DNA of 64,000 bases from Tricharina praecox (lineage: Eukaryota): NCBI RefSeq assembly GCF_024521635.1, contig NW_026250411.1:744001-808000 (forward strand), in the 5' to 3' direction. How positions within the stretch are numbered: position 1 is the stretch's first letter; the number at the start of each line of letters is the position of its first letter. Both the position numbers and the translations under genes were made by a program. This document shows, one piece after another, positions 39,501 to 53,764 of this stretch. A model generated the notes under the pieces. That model did no database searches. It saw nothing but the letters and a program-made list of their open reading frames with translations, and was not told the DNA's origin.

Positions 39501-40750
39501 CTCACCATCACCCGCCCCCGATCCCCACGTGTTCGTCCGTCCATCCATCCGTGGAGTGACGACTGCTGTTGAGGTTGAGGAAGGAGGTGAAGGACGCATG
39601 TCATAATTTCCGACCGCCACCGATACTGGGCACGTGTACAGTAGAGTAGAAGTGAATATCAATTCTCCCCCCGCCCACCCCTCCTCCATCTCTCCTTCCC
39701 ATCCCGCATCTCCTCTCCTCCATCCTTCCTTCCCCTCCATCCATCCCCATTGAGCACCACCGCAGCCGCAGCCACCACCACCACAATCTATCCCCATGGA
39801 CGACATCTTCGCCTTCACCTTCGCCTTCACCGCACACAATGCCCCACAATGCCACGCAAATCAACGCATAAAGCAACAGCAACAACAAAAACCAAAAACA
39901 CAAAAGCGGCAAAACCAAAAGCAACAAAGCAACAAACAACAACAAATACAAAAAACCAAAGACAACGACTACACTACAGCTTACAAGTTCAAGTTCAAGT
40001 TCAAGGAAAAGAGAAAGAAAACAACAGTTGAATTCCAGCGGCTAGTGCTAGATAGTAAAAGCAATGTGATAATAAAACAGCGACAACGATAGTGGTGGTG
40101 GTAATACAATACAACTTCAGATGACGAAGGGAATAAGATGAGTAAGTGAGGTAAAAGTATGTAGGATAAGGTACAAAACGTAACGGGTCATAAATTAAAA
40201 ACCATTATGGAGTAACCGCAGCAGTGGCAGCCGCAGTAGTAGTAGTAAAAAAACAGTGAAAAAGGGGGGGTATTTAGAAAGGTTTGCAAACACAAAAACA
40301 GACACAGATGGACACAGACGGACACAGACACGGATACAGACACAGATACGGACAAGCAAGACACAACAAAAAAGGGAAAATAGGAAGGATAAGCTGAAGC
40401 TGAGCTGAGCTTGTGGATCCGATTGCGATCGCGATCGGCGAGGAGACAGACAGGAGGTGTAGGAAAAGATTCAGACTGAGACTGAGAGTGAGAGTTGTGA
40501 GTGACGCGGAAAAACTTCCCTCTAACAACGAACGGCAAAAATGAGAAACAGAAACAAAAAAAGGAAAAGAGAAAAGAAAAAAAAAGAGGCCTGGCAGGCC
40601 CACCTTGCTTGCTGGAAAAAGCTCAGGTCTATAAGAAGACTCTCAGAAGAAGAAAACGTATATTTTCCCTCCTTCCTTCCGTTCCTCCTACGCACCATTC
40701 GAATTCATGTCCTCGTATTGCTTTTTGGTGGTGGATGCTCCGATCAGATA

Positions 40751-41790
<1,040 letters not shown>

Positions 41791-44700
41791 AGTGAATGTT
41801 CTAGCGTCCCGCCTCGTGAACCAGTTGAAAGATTAAGTGGGGGGAGGGGGGGTGAGGGGGGAGTCGAGAACGGCGGCGGCGGCGATGAGCGGGGGAGATG
41901 CGTTCGGCGTGCGATCGAGGAGACGAAGCCGAAGGGAGGGCGATTTACAACGCGGTCGTATGGTGCAGTTGAAGGGATGTGGCCGCGGTGGTGGAGGTTA
42001 GTGGTGGATAGTAGTGGTGGTTGTGGTGCAGGGACGTGTTGCAGGAGGACAAGGCGGCGGCGCGGGTTCGTTGCTGTAGGGCGTGTGCGTGTTGCGTGCG
42101 GTTGCTTTGGTTGCTCTGCTCTGGTTGCTCTGGTTGCTTTGTGCTGCAGCGTCGGTCCAGGCTAATATATTGAACAAGCGAAGCCGAAGAATTAACGACC
42201 GGGGAGAGCTGAAAGCGAATGAAGCAGACGGACTTCTTGTATGTGGATGTAGACGCGTGGTGTTTAGTTGTAGGAGCAGCAGGGGAGTGGTGGTGGAGGT
42301 GGTGGTGGCGGTGGAGGATGCGGTGTTTCGGCTGTGGGGAGCAGATTCGATTGATGGATGGATGGACGGCCGGAAAAAGGAACGAAATGATGCCTCACTT
42401 TGGGGCTCGTCACGATTCGATGCGGGAAAGGGGGGTGGTTTGGAGACTGACAGAGGGAGGAGAGTCGAAGTGGGAGTAGCCCGCAAACAGTAAATTAATT
42501 TGCGGCAACCTAAACTACAGCGACATATAACGTAGCATGATATAGGCATCTCCTACGTGATTTGGGGCCCTAAAGAAAGAAAGCACATGGAGACGATCTC
42601 CTGCTGCGCCGGGAAAGCGTCCGGCGCGAGATGTACATAGATGCAGGTACATGTACTCTAACTCTAGCCGTGTTATACGGAACGACCTCGTGCATAAACT
42701 CGGATTGTTTTTTTTCTCTTCCCAAGCATCCACAACACGGATGAAACCGCCACATCTCTGGAACCATACCGATGGCCCTAATCGTCGGGGTTGGCCTGAA
42801 CGGTGGGTGGACCGGGTCAGTGTGAGGAAATGGCCGGTACACGCCCCTTGTCGGATCACGTGATGTGACGAGTGAGTGTGCGTGCTCCGGTCTTCAGAGG
42901 GCCTGCATGTTGGTCAGTGAAGAGAAACAACTAGAGTCAGGTGCTCAGGGTTTGTGTGAAGTCACCGGAGGAGCGACAGCTCTCAAAACGACTGAAGACA
43001 GAGAAATCCCGAATTCAAAAACCGAGGACTAACATTGCGCGGTCTGGACGATGCGAATATGTATCGTGAATCGTTTTGTGCGTACTGCACTCCCACTGAC
43101 AGTGATACACGCTACTGCAGGAGCCAACAGTGGTGTAACAAGACGGGAGGTCACGTGGAAGAGGCTCTTCAACAGTTCAACTGGTGTCGTCACCTCTCGC
43201 GACGCACTTCTCTGCCCCCTGGAGAACGTTATGTACGGTCCTTAACCCCCATCACCAGCTCCGCGGGAGGCATGACGGCTTCATTCATCACCCCCACCAC
43301 CCCAGCTACTGGCTCTCCGCCCCCAGATGACCTCCCGCTCCCAGGAAGTTAGTTACTCCTGGGCACGGTAAACATCAATAGCCGATTCAATATCCCACTC
43401 GGCTCCGCGTCTACTATATCCAGTTACTGTGAATCGGCATCCTATATATACATTCCGCATTGTCCAGAAGGTTAGACAACCATCCGATACTCGCTCGAAT
43501 GCTGTTACCTGTAGGTGGAGTATGCAACCTTGATGCACACAAATACCGATCAAGAACGTACGTCGAGCCCAGACTAAGCAAAATCGACGCGGACGGGCTG
43601 AAATCCTGAAATCCTGAAACATTGGAACTCAGCGCCGGGATCGCAAGGTCTCTGGAAGATGGAGTCCCGGTTGAGCAATTGACGATCCCGTACCGCTGTC
43701 AGTTCACCTGCGGCGTCTTTATGTTCGACCATGAGTTTGCGGAGTTATGATACTTGTTGGTCCGCAGCGCAATATCAGAACACGACGCAGTGTCGGGGGC
43801 CATCGGAGTCAGTGCAAATAGGTAACTAACGCGAGAGTCCGGGGGCGGGCGGGCTGCGGAGAGGAAGTGGGCAGTATGTAATATGTATTGTACTGTTACT
43901 ATCATAGTGAGAGGCGACAATGCCCGCCGCCGGTCACGGTAAATCAACCTTCTTCCTCTTCCTTTTTCCTTCCTCCTCTCGCCAACCCACCACTGCCGGC
44001 GCCGGTGTTCAATGTTCATCTCATGATTCCGAAATTCTTGCAAGCTACTTTAGCCCCTTCCGAGTCCCCACGCATCGTCTCGTACTCTGTGTACACATGT
44101 GAGTCTGTACCTTGAAAGGAGGGCTGAAGCCAAGAAAAGGGGGTCATTCATTCATTCATCCATCCAGCTCCCTCGTTAAATTATTATCAACCACCCCGGG
44201 AAGCTCTGGCCGCCGACCTGGCATGGGGGAAAAAGGAAAAAGGAAAGAGCGCCACTGTCTGCTGTCGTCAAGACTCAAGACCCACATGGCTCGCCAGTTA
44301 ATTATATGTATAGACTACGGTACAGAGAAAATGTGGGAGCGAGCGAGTGCGAGACGGGAATTTGGCGAGCGAGCGAGGTCTAGTTACCCAGAGTGCATGC
44401 CGTATATTTGACAGGTACATACCCGACGACGGGACGAGGCGCTGCTGCTGCTGTCTCTTCCTCGGAACTACATATGCTAGGATACATATCATAGCTGCTT
44501 TATGTATGCACTCTATGCAGAGTACTCTGCACCGCACTGGCATTCTCGCGGCATTCCCACGGAATTCTCGCGGCCGCGGAAAGGAGGCGGAGGCCGAATG
44601 AAGCGTGAGCGTTCTCGAGCGAACCGGTTCGGAGCGGTTAGTTAATGTCATGAGGTTACCGTACTCTAGTTAGGAGAGCTTGAAAGAGAGCTTGGAGGGG

Positions 44701-45596
44701 GCTCCGGCCGGCCGGCCGCGATCGACGACGACTCAAATATTGCTGGGCCAATGCGGCCGACCGACTGGCTGGCTGGCCGCTGGCCTGTGCGCGTCTGCCA
44801 GTGCCATCTACGGAGAGATATGAACTTCTTCAAGCCACCATCGGAAAGGTCCCACGTTTCGGAGTGACAGCGGGCTTGGAGAATTGTATGCTCTCCTCCA
44901 TCTACCGTAACCCAACGCATTCATCGTCTACCTATGATGGTATTGGTGACCTGCTGAGACACTGCATCCTCCCGCAGGTATGTACTCTACTCTACCTACC
45001 TACATCATAACCGTAATCTGGCGACGTGCAAAAAATCTGCAAGCAACCGCGAAAATCACTGGGTAGAGTGCTCTACATAGGTCAGATGAGATGGGCACAC
45101 TGCCAGATTCAATAGATTCAATATCTTTGGAATGATCGCTCCAAAATCTTCTCCGGCAAACAAGCAGACATACATATCATACAGAGACAAAATATAGCAT
45201 AACGAAACGAGGATCATGAGTAGCATACGAATCGCGGCAGAAAGAGAGAAGTAATCCGCGCTGCACTCCATGAAGCCAACCAAACTACATATGGTCATGT
45301 AGATATGCATGTAGAGTACCTGTAAAGATCCCCATCCCTCAACTCGCCAGAACCTGGAGCCGCATTGGACCCCCTGACACGACGTTGCTTTTTCTGCGCA
45401 ATTCCGTCATACATAGAGTAACTAAGCACTTGCATGCACTCTTGGATCACAGCGGTCCGATTTGTTGCGAGTATGCATTTATTTCCTCCATCCACACTCA
45501 TGATTGTATTTGGAATTAAACCTAGAATCAAACCAAGGACTTTTGAAAGTTATGTAAAGAAATTTCCGCGCCGAGGTTCCTCCCATCTCAAGATAT

Positions 45597-47446
45597 CTAG
45601 ATCTTCTGGGCCAGCTCAACGACAAGGGCAAGCTTCTTCTTCATATCGTCGTGGCCGAGGAGGTTGCCCTCTTCATGCGATGCGAACCTAGATTCCGGCG
45701 CGTCAGTCAGCTATTCCCGGTGACAATGGCATCGGAGATTCGGAGCAGATTTACCCGCACTGAGGAGAAACACAGATTCTCTTCATGGCCTCCTCTTCGG
45801 TCTCTTCACTTCCAGAAGCGATGATCTTGGCCGCCTCCTGGACACGCTTCTGCAGGTCGTCGATGTTCTCCAACTCCGGGAATTTGGAGGTGATGAGACC
45901 GAGGACGATGGACTTGTTTTTGGGGAGGTGCTTGAGCGCCTCGAAGGATCCGGCTCTCTCCGTGTCGTACTCCAGGTAATAGGTGTCAACGTTGATCTCG
46001 TTGAAGAGCTTCACGGCGATGTGCTCGTAGCCACCCTCCGAGAAATGGATCGAGTGCCGGAAATTTCCTATTATCCGAAAGCCGTCAACCAAGGGTTCGG
46101 CAAAGCAGATGTAGAGATTTTCTGCACACACCTCTGCACAAGTGAAGGCCAACAACCAGATCTGGGCAGTTGGTGGCGCGGTCACGCAGGCAGTTGTTGT
46201 AGAGGCGGATGTAGGCCTGATAGTAACTGCGTCAGATGATGATCCTATGGGCAGAAACCGTCTGAGCTGGGGGCTTCCTACATCAAGTCTCTCCGCTGGG
46301 TCTTCGCCATCCGCCTTCATTCCCTTCAACATGTTCTCGTCGCAGAAGTCTAAGAAAGCTGTTAGCCACTCCGTCTCATACATCCTGTAGTCCTCTGGAA
46401 AACCTACAAGCCAACAGAGGATCGTCAATCTGGACATTGCGAACGCCAGCCTTGTACAGAATGTCAAGCTCGGTACGGTATGCAGCGGCAATGTCGTTGA
46501 AATGTTCTTCATCGTTGCTGTACACATCTTTGCTGTAGGCATGTTGACCTGGAAAAATTCCCAGTTAGCCATGTATAACACTCGATACCACAGTCTCCGT
46601 CTCGAGCATACCGTGACGCAAATGGAACCTGCGAGGATGTCAGCAAGGCTGGAAGCCAATTCATCCACTGAAGGGGGTACCGTACCATTCAGGAGCAGCC
46701 AAAGTCATTTTGATGTTTGGGATATCCTCAGGATCAACGAACTTCTTGAGCTCCTCGAACTGGGGAAGGTATCCGCTCTTGACGTGCCTGTCTGGATTAG
46801 CGAAAGCGGACATAGCGGACCAGGAACGTGTATGCACATACTTGATCTTGCCAGTGCAGAGTGTGGTTGCGGCCGGCTTGGTGTTCTCGGCGAGGAAAGC
46901 TGCAATATCGGGTACGTACAACTGGTGGGTGGGGATTAGACACAGAAGGACCGATACTCAACACTCGATGGAGTTTACCTTGAAGATTTCCCGAGGAGGA
47001 GCATCGACCTCTGGGGATACAATTAGCTTTTGCTATTGATGCAACCGCGGGGTGCTCACCAGTGAAGCCTTCGAGGTGCTCGAAGAAGCCATCGTAGAAC
47101 CTTAGCTATATCAGCATTTCATTCGCATTGCCGGTGCTCTGATTCAATGGGGCCCAATACATGTGACGTCTACGGATGTCCCACAGTTAGCATCAGACTC
47201 CATGCCCCACGGACAATGCCCTCAGGTACTCAAGTACCTGTACTCTCCGTCGGTCAGACCCTTCAGCCCAACCTCCTTCTGCATCTTAACAGCCTCTGAA
47301 ATGGCCCTGTCCTCATGATCCTTCAGTTCTGCAGCGCTCAATTCCTTCTTGTCAAACTGCTTGCGAGCAGCAAGAAGGTAGTCGGGACGCAACAGCGAGC
47401 CCAAGTGCTCGGCCTTGAATGGAGGGTTCAATTTCGGGGTAGACAT
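45597..47446 (-). CDS. Cobalamin-independent methionine synthase-like protein (catalytic-domain-only, YxjH type), many short exons
   Basis: PPFKAEHLGSLLRP, TDGEYR|RHM|FYDGFF, Zn ligands in GLHLCRG|NF, YLEYD and SPQCG|FASHEEGN. Confidence 0.88.
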
Positions 47447-48066
47447 CGTGATCGTGGGGCGCTGGATTGGTAGGGGCGAGACAGGAAAGGACGAGAGGAA
47501 AGGACGAAGGGAAAGGGTGGGACTGCAAGGCGGCGGGGGGACAGCGGAGGCTTTAAGGGCTTCCTCTGAGAGCCAGAACAACTGCAGGCAGGAACAGACA
47601 CAGATGCCCCGCACATCGTGGCACTAAGTCCATTGTCCCCATGTCCCCCCTCCTTCCTTCCCGAATAAGTCGCCTTCGGTATCTCATGCATCTGAGCTGC
47701 CGGCGCGGGGGTGGCTACTGCTACCGTTGTGCTATGGTCGCAAACCGGATGGGCACAGCGGGGTATATATCAGATTTAATTGCATTTGACTGGATGGGAT
47801 GGGATGGGATGGGATGGGGATCGCGGCGGTGAAGACTGACTAACGGTTGACCTCGGCCATCAGTGGAGACATCGTGCCCGCTGCAGTGTGTTTATATGTA
47901 CGCCATCACGAATCAAGCCCTTGATTGGCTGCAAAGCCGGATGCACGCCAAGGTCCCCACATTCTTGCCTTGATATGTATCCGCGCGGGTTGCCGCTACA
48001 TACTACCGCTTGATCATGGCTTCCCCGCACTAGGCACTCGACAAAGTCACCCCGCGCATCGATAAT

Positions 48067-49056
48067 ATGAATAGACTCTCAAACGATCTCCTGCTCGACA
48101 TCATGGATTTACTTGACCCGCCTCGTCGATTCGCCTCCATCAAGGACGTCGCACACGGCCCGCCAGCACTCAAGAGTTTCTCCCTCTGTTCTCGACGCCT
48201 CCATGCCCTCTGTCGTCGTAAACTCTACAGCTCTATCCGCCTCTTCCTCCGCCAGGGCGCCGCCTCGCGCTTGATTGATCATGTTGTCAATGCTCTCTCA
48301 TCGCAGGGCATCATTCCCGACCGAATGGCGATCTGTTTCGGCAGAGACTGGAACGAAGGCGGAGTGGCAATGGAGCTCAGGAAGCTACTCTGCGAGCTCC
48401 AGGTGAAGTCACTCTCGCTGCACCAGTCGTGCTGTAATGAGAGCATAGCGGAGGAGCACGATGATTGGCCTTACGCGCTCGAGCATATCTCGTCTCTGCG
48501 AATCGAGATGCAGAATGGAAGCGGGAATATTGAGATGCTACTGCGCCCAAAATGTTCGGCTCGGTACCTCGAAATCGACGACCTTTCCGGGAACCCCGAA
48601 ACCGACGACTTTTCAAGGTACGCCCGACCGGTTGCGCCCAAATTGCTGGGAGCCGCTGTGCTGAATCCGGCCATGTTTCCACACCTCGAGCGGATGAGCT
48701 ACATCGTTTCGCCGCGGCCCAATTGTCACCTGCATCCAATGCACTTCGTGGACCGCTTACCGCTACTACATAGGTTAGTATTGGAAATCGAGCTGACCAG
48801 GCATAAGCGTGAGTGCGTCTCTGGGAGGGAATGGACCTACATGGGGATTCGGAAGGCGTATGATGGGTTTGCACGAGAGGCGGACTTCATGGAAGGGCCA
48901 GCGATGTTGGTGATTAGGGACGTCGGAGGATGGTGGGATGATGACTGGTCCTGGCCGTCGACGTCTATGGTGGAGACAGACACTCGGGTGTATAGGAAGA
49001 TTAACCCGGCATGTGATGGGAAGCAACCGTATCTGCCAATTGGGGATGAGAAGTAG
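48067..49056 (+). CDS. Hypothetical protein with an F-box-like N-terminus
   Basis: 329-aa ORF beginning L.NDLLLDIMDLL followed by LKSFSLCSRRLHALCRRKLY. Confidence 0.65.
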   Translation: MNRLSNDLLLDIMDLLDPPRRFASIKDVAHGPPALKSFSLCSRRLHALCRRKLYSSIRLFLRQGAASRLIDHVVNALSSQGIIPDRMAICFGRDWNEGGVAMELRKLLCELQVKSLSLHQSCCNESIAEEHDDWPYALEHISSLRIEMQNGSGNIEMLLRPKCSARYLEIDDLSGNPETDDFSRYARPVAPKLLGAAVLNPAMFPHLERMSYIVSPRPNCHLHPMHFVDRLPLLHRLVLEIELTRHKRECVSGREWTYMGIRKAYDGFAREADFMEGPAMLVIRDVGGWWDDDWSWPSTSMVETDTRVYRKINPACDGKQPYLPIGDEK

Positions 49057-49133
49057 ATTCGCAAACAGAGCCTTTGTAGTATGGAGGGTATCAATAATAT
49101 AATATTGATATATAAAGATTTCTTTTATATCAA

Positions 49134-49206
49134 GCCTCGCTAGCTCAATCGGTAGAGCGTAAGACTCTTAATCTTAAGGCTGCGGGTTCGACCCCCGCGT
49201 GGGGCT
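49134..49206 (+). tRNA. tRNA-Lys (CTT), intronless
   Basis: GCCTCGC/GTGGGGC acceptor stem, TAGCTCAATCGGTAGAGC D arm, TAAGA-CTCTTAA-TCTTA anticodon arm, GGTTCGACCC T loop. Confidence 0.97.
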
Positions 49207-49334
49207 TATGTCTTTTTGTTGCAATCCAAATTCGGCCGGGTAACCAAATGCTCCTGGGAACCCGGAGTTTTTCATTGCCCCACTCTCGACATCCCAAACT
49301 TCTTCTACTTCTGACCTGCCGACCACCACCCACC

Positions 49335-50215
49335 GAACACCTCCACGCCGCAAACAAACCTCCCCACATCATCAATCTCGATCCAGCAGTCAAGAATATT
49401 TCCTTCGGCCGCAACATTGACATCCGCGATTCCGTCAATTACCGTGAAGTAATGATCCAGTACTACACGAGCTGTCCCAACAGCGGTATCATGACATCAC
49501 TCAACCTTTTCGTAACCAAGATTGACCAAGTCCTCGGGGTTCTTGAGAAGCATGCCCTGATGCTCCAACGGGTGTGAGTCGACACTCCAGGGCAGACTGA
49601 GGCTCGCATCTGGCAATCATCACCGACGCGCTGGCGTCGACGTTTCCCACGGCCAATTGCATACATCGTCGATACGCCGCGCTCAGTCTAACTAGCAACT
49701 TTATGGCGAATATGCCCTGCGCCCGCTCAGTCCTGTATACAATGAAGCTTTCAATGGTATCGGTCTTTAATAGGACGGATACGCACGATTCTGTGGGCGC
49801 GAAGGAGTGGATGCTGGATTTCGGGGCGTTGAATGCGGTGCTGATGGCTGGTGAGGAGCGGGCGGTGGATATATGCGATCATTGCTCAACTCTATGCCGG
49901 TCATGCTCGATGAGTTTTACTACGGTTGCCTTGAGCTTGTTAGTGTCAGTGCCCTGACTGGTGCTGGTATCGATGGCTTCTTGAAGACGGTAGAAGAGTA
50001 TGCGAAGGAGTATAAGGCGGAAATGGGGAATTCGAGGGCGAAGGGGCGAGAATAAGTGGAAGGGGCGAGAATAAGTTGAAGGGCAGCAGAAGAAACTGGA
50101 CAGACTCACGAAGGACCTCGTGGTTGGAAAGGAGAAGGAGGAGCCCGACGTCATGAGCGATATCGAAAGTAGCGACGAGGAAGAGGGCCCGGTGAAGAGG
50201 AGGGACTGGATGTAA
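49335..50215 (+). pseudogene. NPA3: Decayed GPN-loop GTPase 1 (GPN1/NPA3) copy
   Basis: [48 protein letters not shown] and LLNSM..MLDEFY lie in different frames. No P-loop, GPN changed to CPN, and a 19-nt tandem duplication at about 50040-50077. Confidence 0.8.
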
Positions 50216-50510
50216 ATCTATTTCCGAGGTAAAAAGCGTTTAGGAGTACTTAGAATTTTACCCAACTGTTTCACGAGATGATGATACCAATCAGGCGAAC
50301 AGCTCTGTAAGAATGAGCCGAGTACAATGAGTCCGACCTGGGTAGATGATTGTGATACCTGAGTGATACCTCGTGAATGGCGGTAAGCTCCGTTGTTGGC
50401 TGCATCGTCGCCAAGAGACCTCAGGAGCTCCACACATTCGACGTTCCTCGACGATCAACGCCCGAGAGTTGGATGCCCAAGCTGAAGCAATAACGCGTCA
50501 AGCCATAGCA

Positions 50511-53001
50511 ATGAAAGACAACTTCTCCCACAGCATCCAACAGGTCTGTTCCCCTCGAATGCCTCTTCTTCCTAGCTAAACCCCTCCCCCGCAGTTCCTC
50601 CACGCGCCCTCCGACTCGGACTACCTCGACCAGCTCGTCACCGTCATCCACGAAGCATGCTCCATCGGACGGGAACATGCGCTCGCCGAGCAGCTCCAGC
50701 ACTTCTCCGAGAGCCGCGAACACGATATTGAACGCCTCTGCAATACCAACCACCAAGAATTCGTGTCATCGGTTAACCAGCTACTCAACGTACGCAAGGG
50801 CACTGTCGACCTCACCGACGAAATTCTCAAGCTCAACGAGTCCATCCAGACCAGCACGCAGAAAGTTGTCGAGCACAAGAAGGCATTGGTGGATTCACGG
50901 GACGTTCGGCAGAACATCGACGAGGCCACGCAGGCGTTGCGATTGTGTCTCGAGGTGCTGGGTCTTGCCAACCGCGTCGAGGAACTGCTGAAGAACAAGA
51001 AGCATTATGCTGCGCTGAGGACGCTCGACGAACTACAGAATGTGCACCTTAAGGAGGTCGTGCAGTTTGATGTGGCGGAGATGATTCAGAATTCCGTGCC
51101 GGCGATGCAGGGCATGGTCAAAGAGGCCGTGATGACGGATCTCAATAGCTGGCTCTACCGTATTCGTGAGAGCTCGCAGCTACTCGGCCAGGTCGCGTTC
51201 GATCAGACGGAACTACGGCGCCAGAGGCAGAAGGAGCGCGTCAACAAGAATCCGTATCTGAGGCTGTTCAAGCTCAACTCGGCAATCGAGCTGGTGCTAG
51301 ATGAGCGTGAAGAGTTCGATGTGCTGGACAACGAGGATGTCAGGATTGATTTCGACCCGCTCTTTGAGTGTTTGCATATTCATGAGGCGCTCGGTGAACG
51401 CGATGAATTCCGATTGACCTACACCAATACCAGACGCCAACAGAAGGAGCTATTGATGGCCGTGAGCCTAACGCTTTCGGATGCGGATATTACGGGACTC
51501 AATCATTTGTTGGAGAGCATAGCCGGATTTGCGATTCTGGAGAAGGCGACGATGAAGAAGACGACGAATTTCAGGGGGAGTCAGGATGTGGATGAGCTCT
51601 GGGATAGTATGTGTAAGAAGGCAATTAGCATCATCAGTCCTGCGCTGAACGGTATCACGGCTGCGGGTGCATTGTTGAGGGTGAAGAATGTGTTGGCTCT
51701 TTTCATACAAACTATGGATGTTGGTTTATTCTTTCCGATCTGCTGTCTGCTGTGGACTGAACTGACTGCGACAGAGCTGGGGTTATGCGGTTGATAATTT
51801 TGATAACTTCCTACTGATCCTCTTCAACGGGTACTCCAAGCTACTCAAGAAGGAGTTCTATCAGAATTTCAAGGATATCATGGCGAATGAGGATTTCGGG
51901 CCGATGCAGATTCAAACACCAGAGGAGTACGAAAACGTGCTCAAAGCTAGTTGGTTCAAGGACCCTATCCCGAACCGAGAGTGAGTATATCTGAGGGTGT
52001 TATTGGCATCTTCTGCTAACCATTACCCTAGATATCCTACTGTTCTACCATTCTCGCAGATGTACCCGTTGTGCTGCATGGACATCCGGGACTTCTTGAA
52101 TCGGTACTACTTCTTTTCGGACGAGTATTTCCAGCATCAGAATGCCATCGATGAGGAACTCAAAGCCTCACTCGACGACATTCTCTGCAACCATGTCTGT
52201 GCAGCACTTGTGGAGCGTCTGAATTCTAACAATCTCGGTCAGCTTGTCCAGATCCTGATCAACCTGGAACAATTCGAATACGCCAGTCGGGAGCTCGAAG
52301 GGCTCCTCGTCGAAGTACGACAGTCAGACCAGGGCGGCTCAGTCTCTATCAAAGCCACAGAACGTTTTCGAAGCGAGAAGAAAACCGCCGAGAAACGGAT
52401 TTTCGAGCTCGTCAATAGCAAGATCGACGATTTGGTAGAAACGGCAGATTACAATTGGATGGGCGCGAAGCCGAGAACTCGGCCCAGCGAGTATCTGCAG
52501 CAGATGACCCTGTTTTTGAATAATATCATGGGTTCGGCACTCCTTGCCCTGCCGGAGGATATCAAGGGTCTCATATACTTCGATGCTTTAAGTCACATCG
52601 CGACTTCTATCCTCGTCCGTTCCTCCCTTCCATCCGCTCTTCTCGGAAACCCTCCTAACCTACGTACACAGGCTCTCCCTATGTCGGAATCCGTCAAAAC
52701 AATCAACAAAGTCGCCGTACAAGATCTCGACACGGACGTAACCTTCCTGCAAAGGTTCGTCGAAGGCCTTGGGGACCCCACGCTTCCCCAAATCTTCGAG
52801 GAGCTCGGACAAACAGTTGACCTCCTACAAAACGACAACCCGGACGAGTTCTACGACATCGGCATGCGCATGCGGCGTTACGCCAATGTCGATCCACTCA
52901 CTGGGCCGGTGTTACTGGAGAAATTGATGGCTGGCGAGGCTGAGAGGGAGAGGGCTGCTGCTACACCGGTGAGGACTGGGTTGGCGGCGAGGTTTCGGTA
53001 A
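50511..53001 (+). CDS. SEC15: Exocyst subunit Sec15
   Basis: DYLDQL, IERLCNTNHQEFVSSVNQLL, LPFSQMYPLCCMDIR, QLVQILINLE.FE, IFELVNSKIDDLVETADY.W. About 4 introns. Confidence 0.93.
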
Positions 53002-53764
53002 TGGCATGGGGAAATAATGTGAGACGTGGGGAGTTCTGGAGTCTGTTTGGGGCACTTGCTTACCTTTACCTACTATTATACATACTTGTGTCTCGTCGTT
53101 TGGCGAGTGAGCTCGATATATGGGTGGTGTAATGCAGTATAAATACTATGGCTCGGTTGGTCGCCCCCCGATTATTTGGGGTATTGAGATGGTCCGTCTA
53201 GCTGCGGGATTGTCGGAAGCCCGTTCGTATGTACTGCACAACCCAACGGGACCTGGGATGAGTATACCTAGGGGTGCGGGAGCTGGAAACTTATGTGACG
53301 ACTTGGTTTGGCTACACATGTGAAAGTTACTCGAGTGAGACTATATGTATGAATACTATGATCGACAATATCCGGAAGGCTTGATATCATGACCAGTGTG
53401 GAGCGGACGGGGGGTATTGAGACCGAACGTGTGTATACAGGTCACCCAGTGTTCGCCTCAATCTTATGTATTTCGACGGAAAACAACGCACCACGAATGT
53501 GCCAATCATCGTCCGACCCGTGGCAGGTGGTAGTACGCATGCAACATCTGGTGAAACCTCATACCCCTCACGGCAGCGAAAACAAGTGTATGTACGGAAC
53601 TGTCGCCTGTGATTTTCGCTCCCGCGCCCTCACAACAGCAACACAGATACGCACTATCCTACAGTCAATCACCTTCCTATAGCTCATCATCATCCTACGG
53701 TCCACCGCCACCATCTCCCCCGCCTTTCGGTCGATCACGCCGTCGGTGAACCTTGCCACCACCA

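Noticed and set aside
42500..45400. Possible gene between ARF6 and the MetE-like gene
   Set aside because: Only short ORFs with no recognisable domain or convincing splice model.
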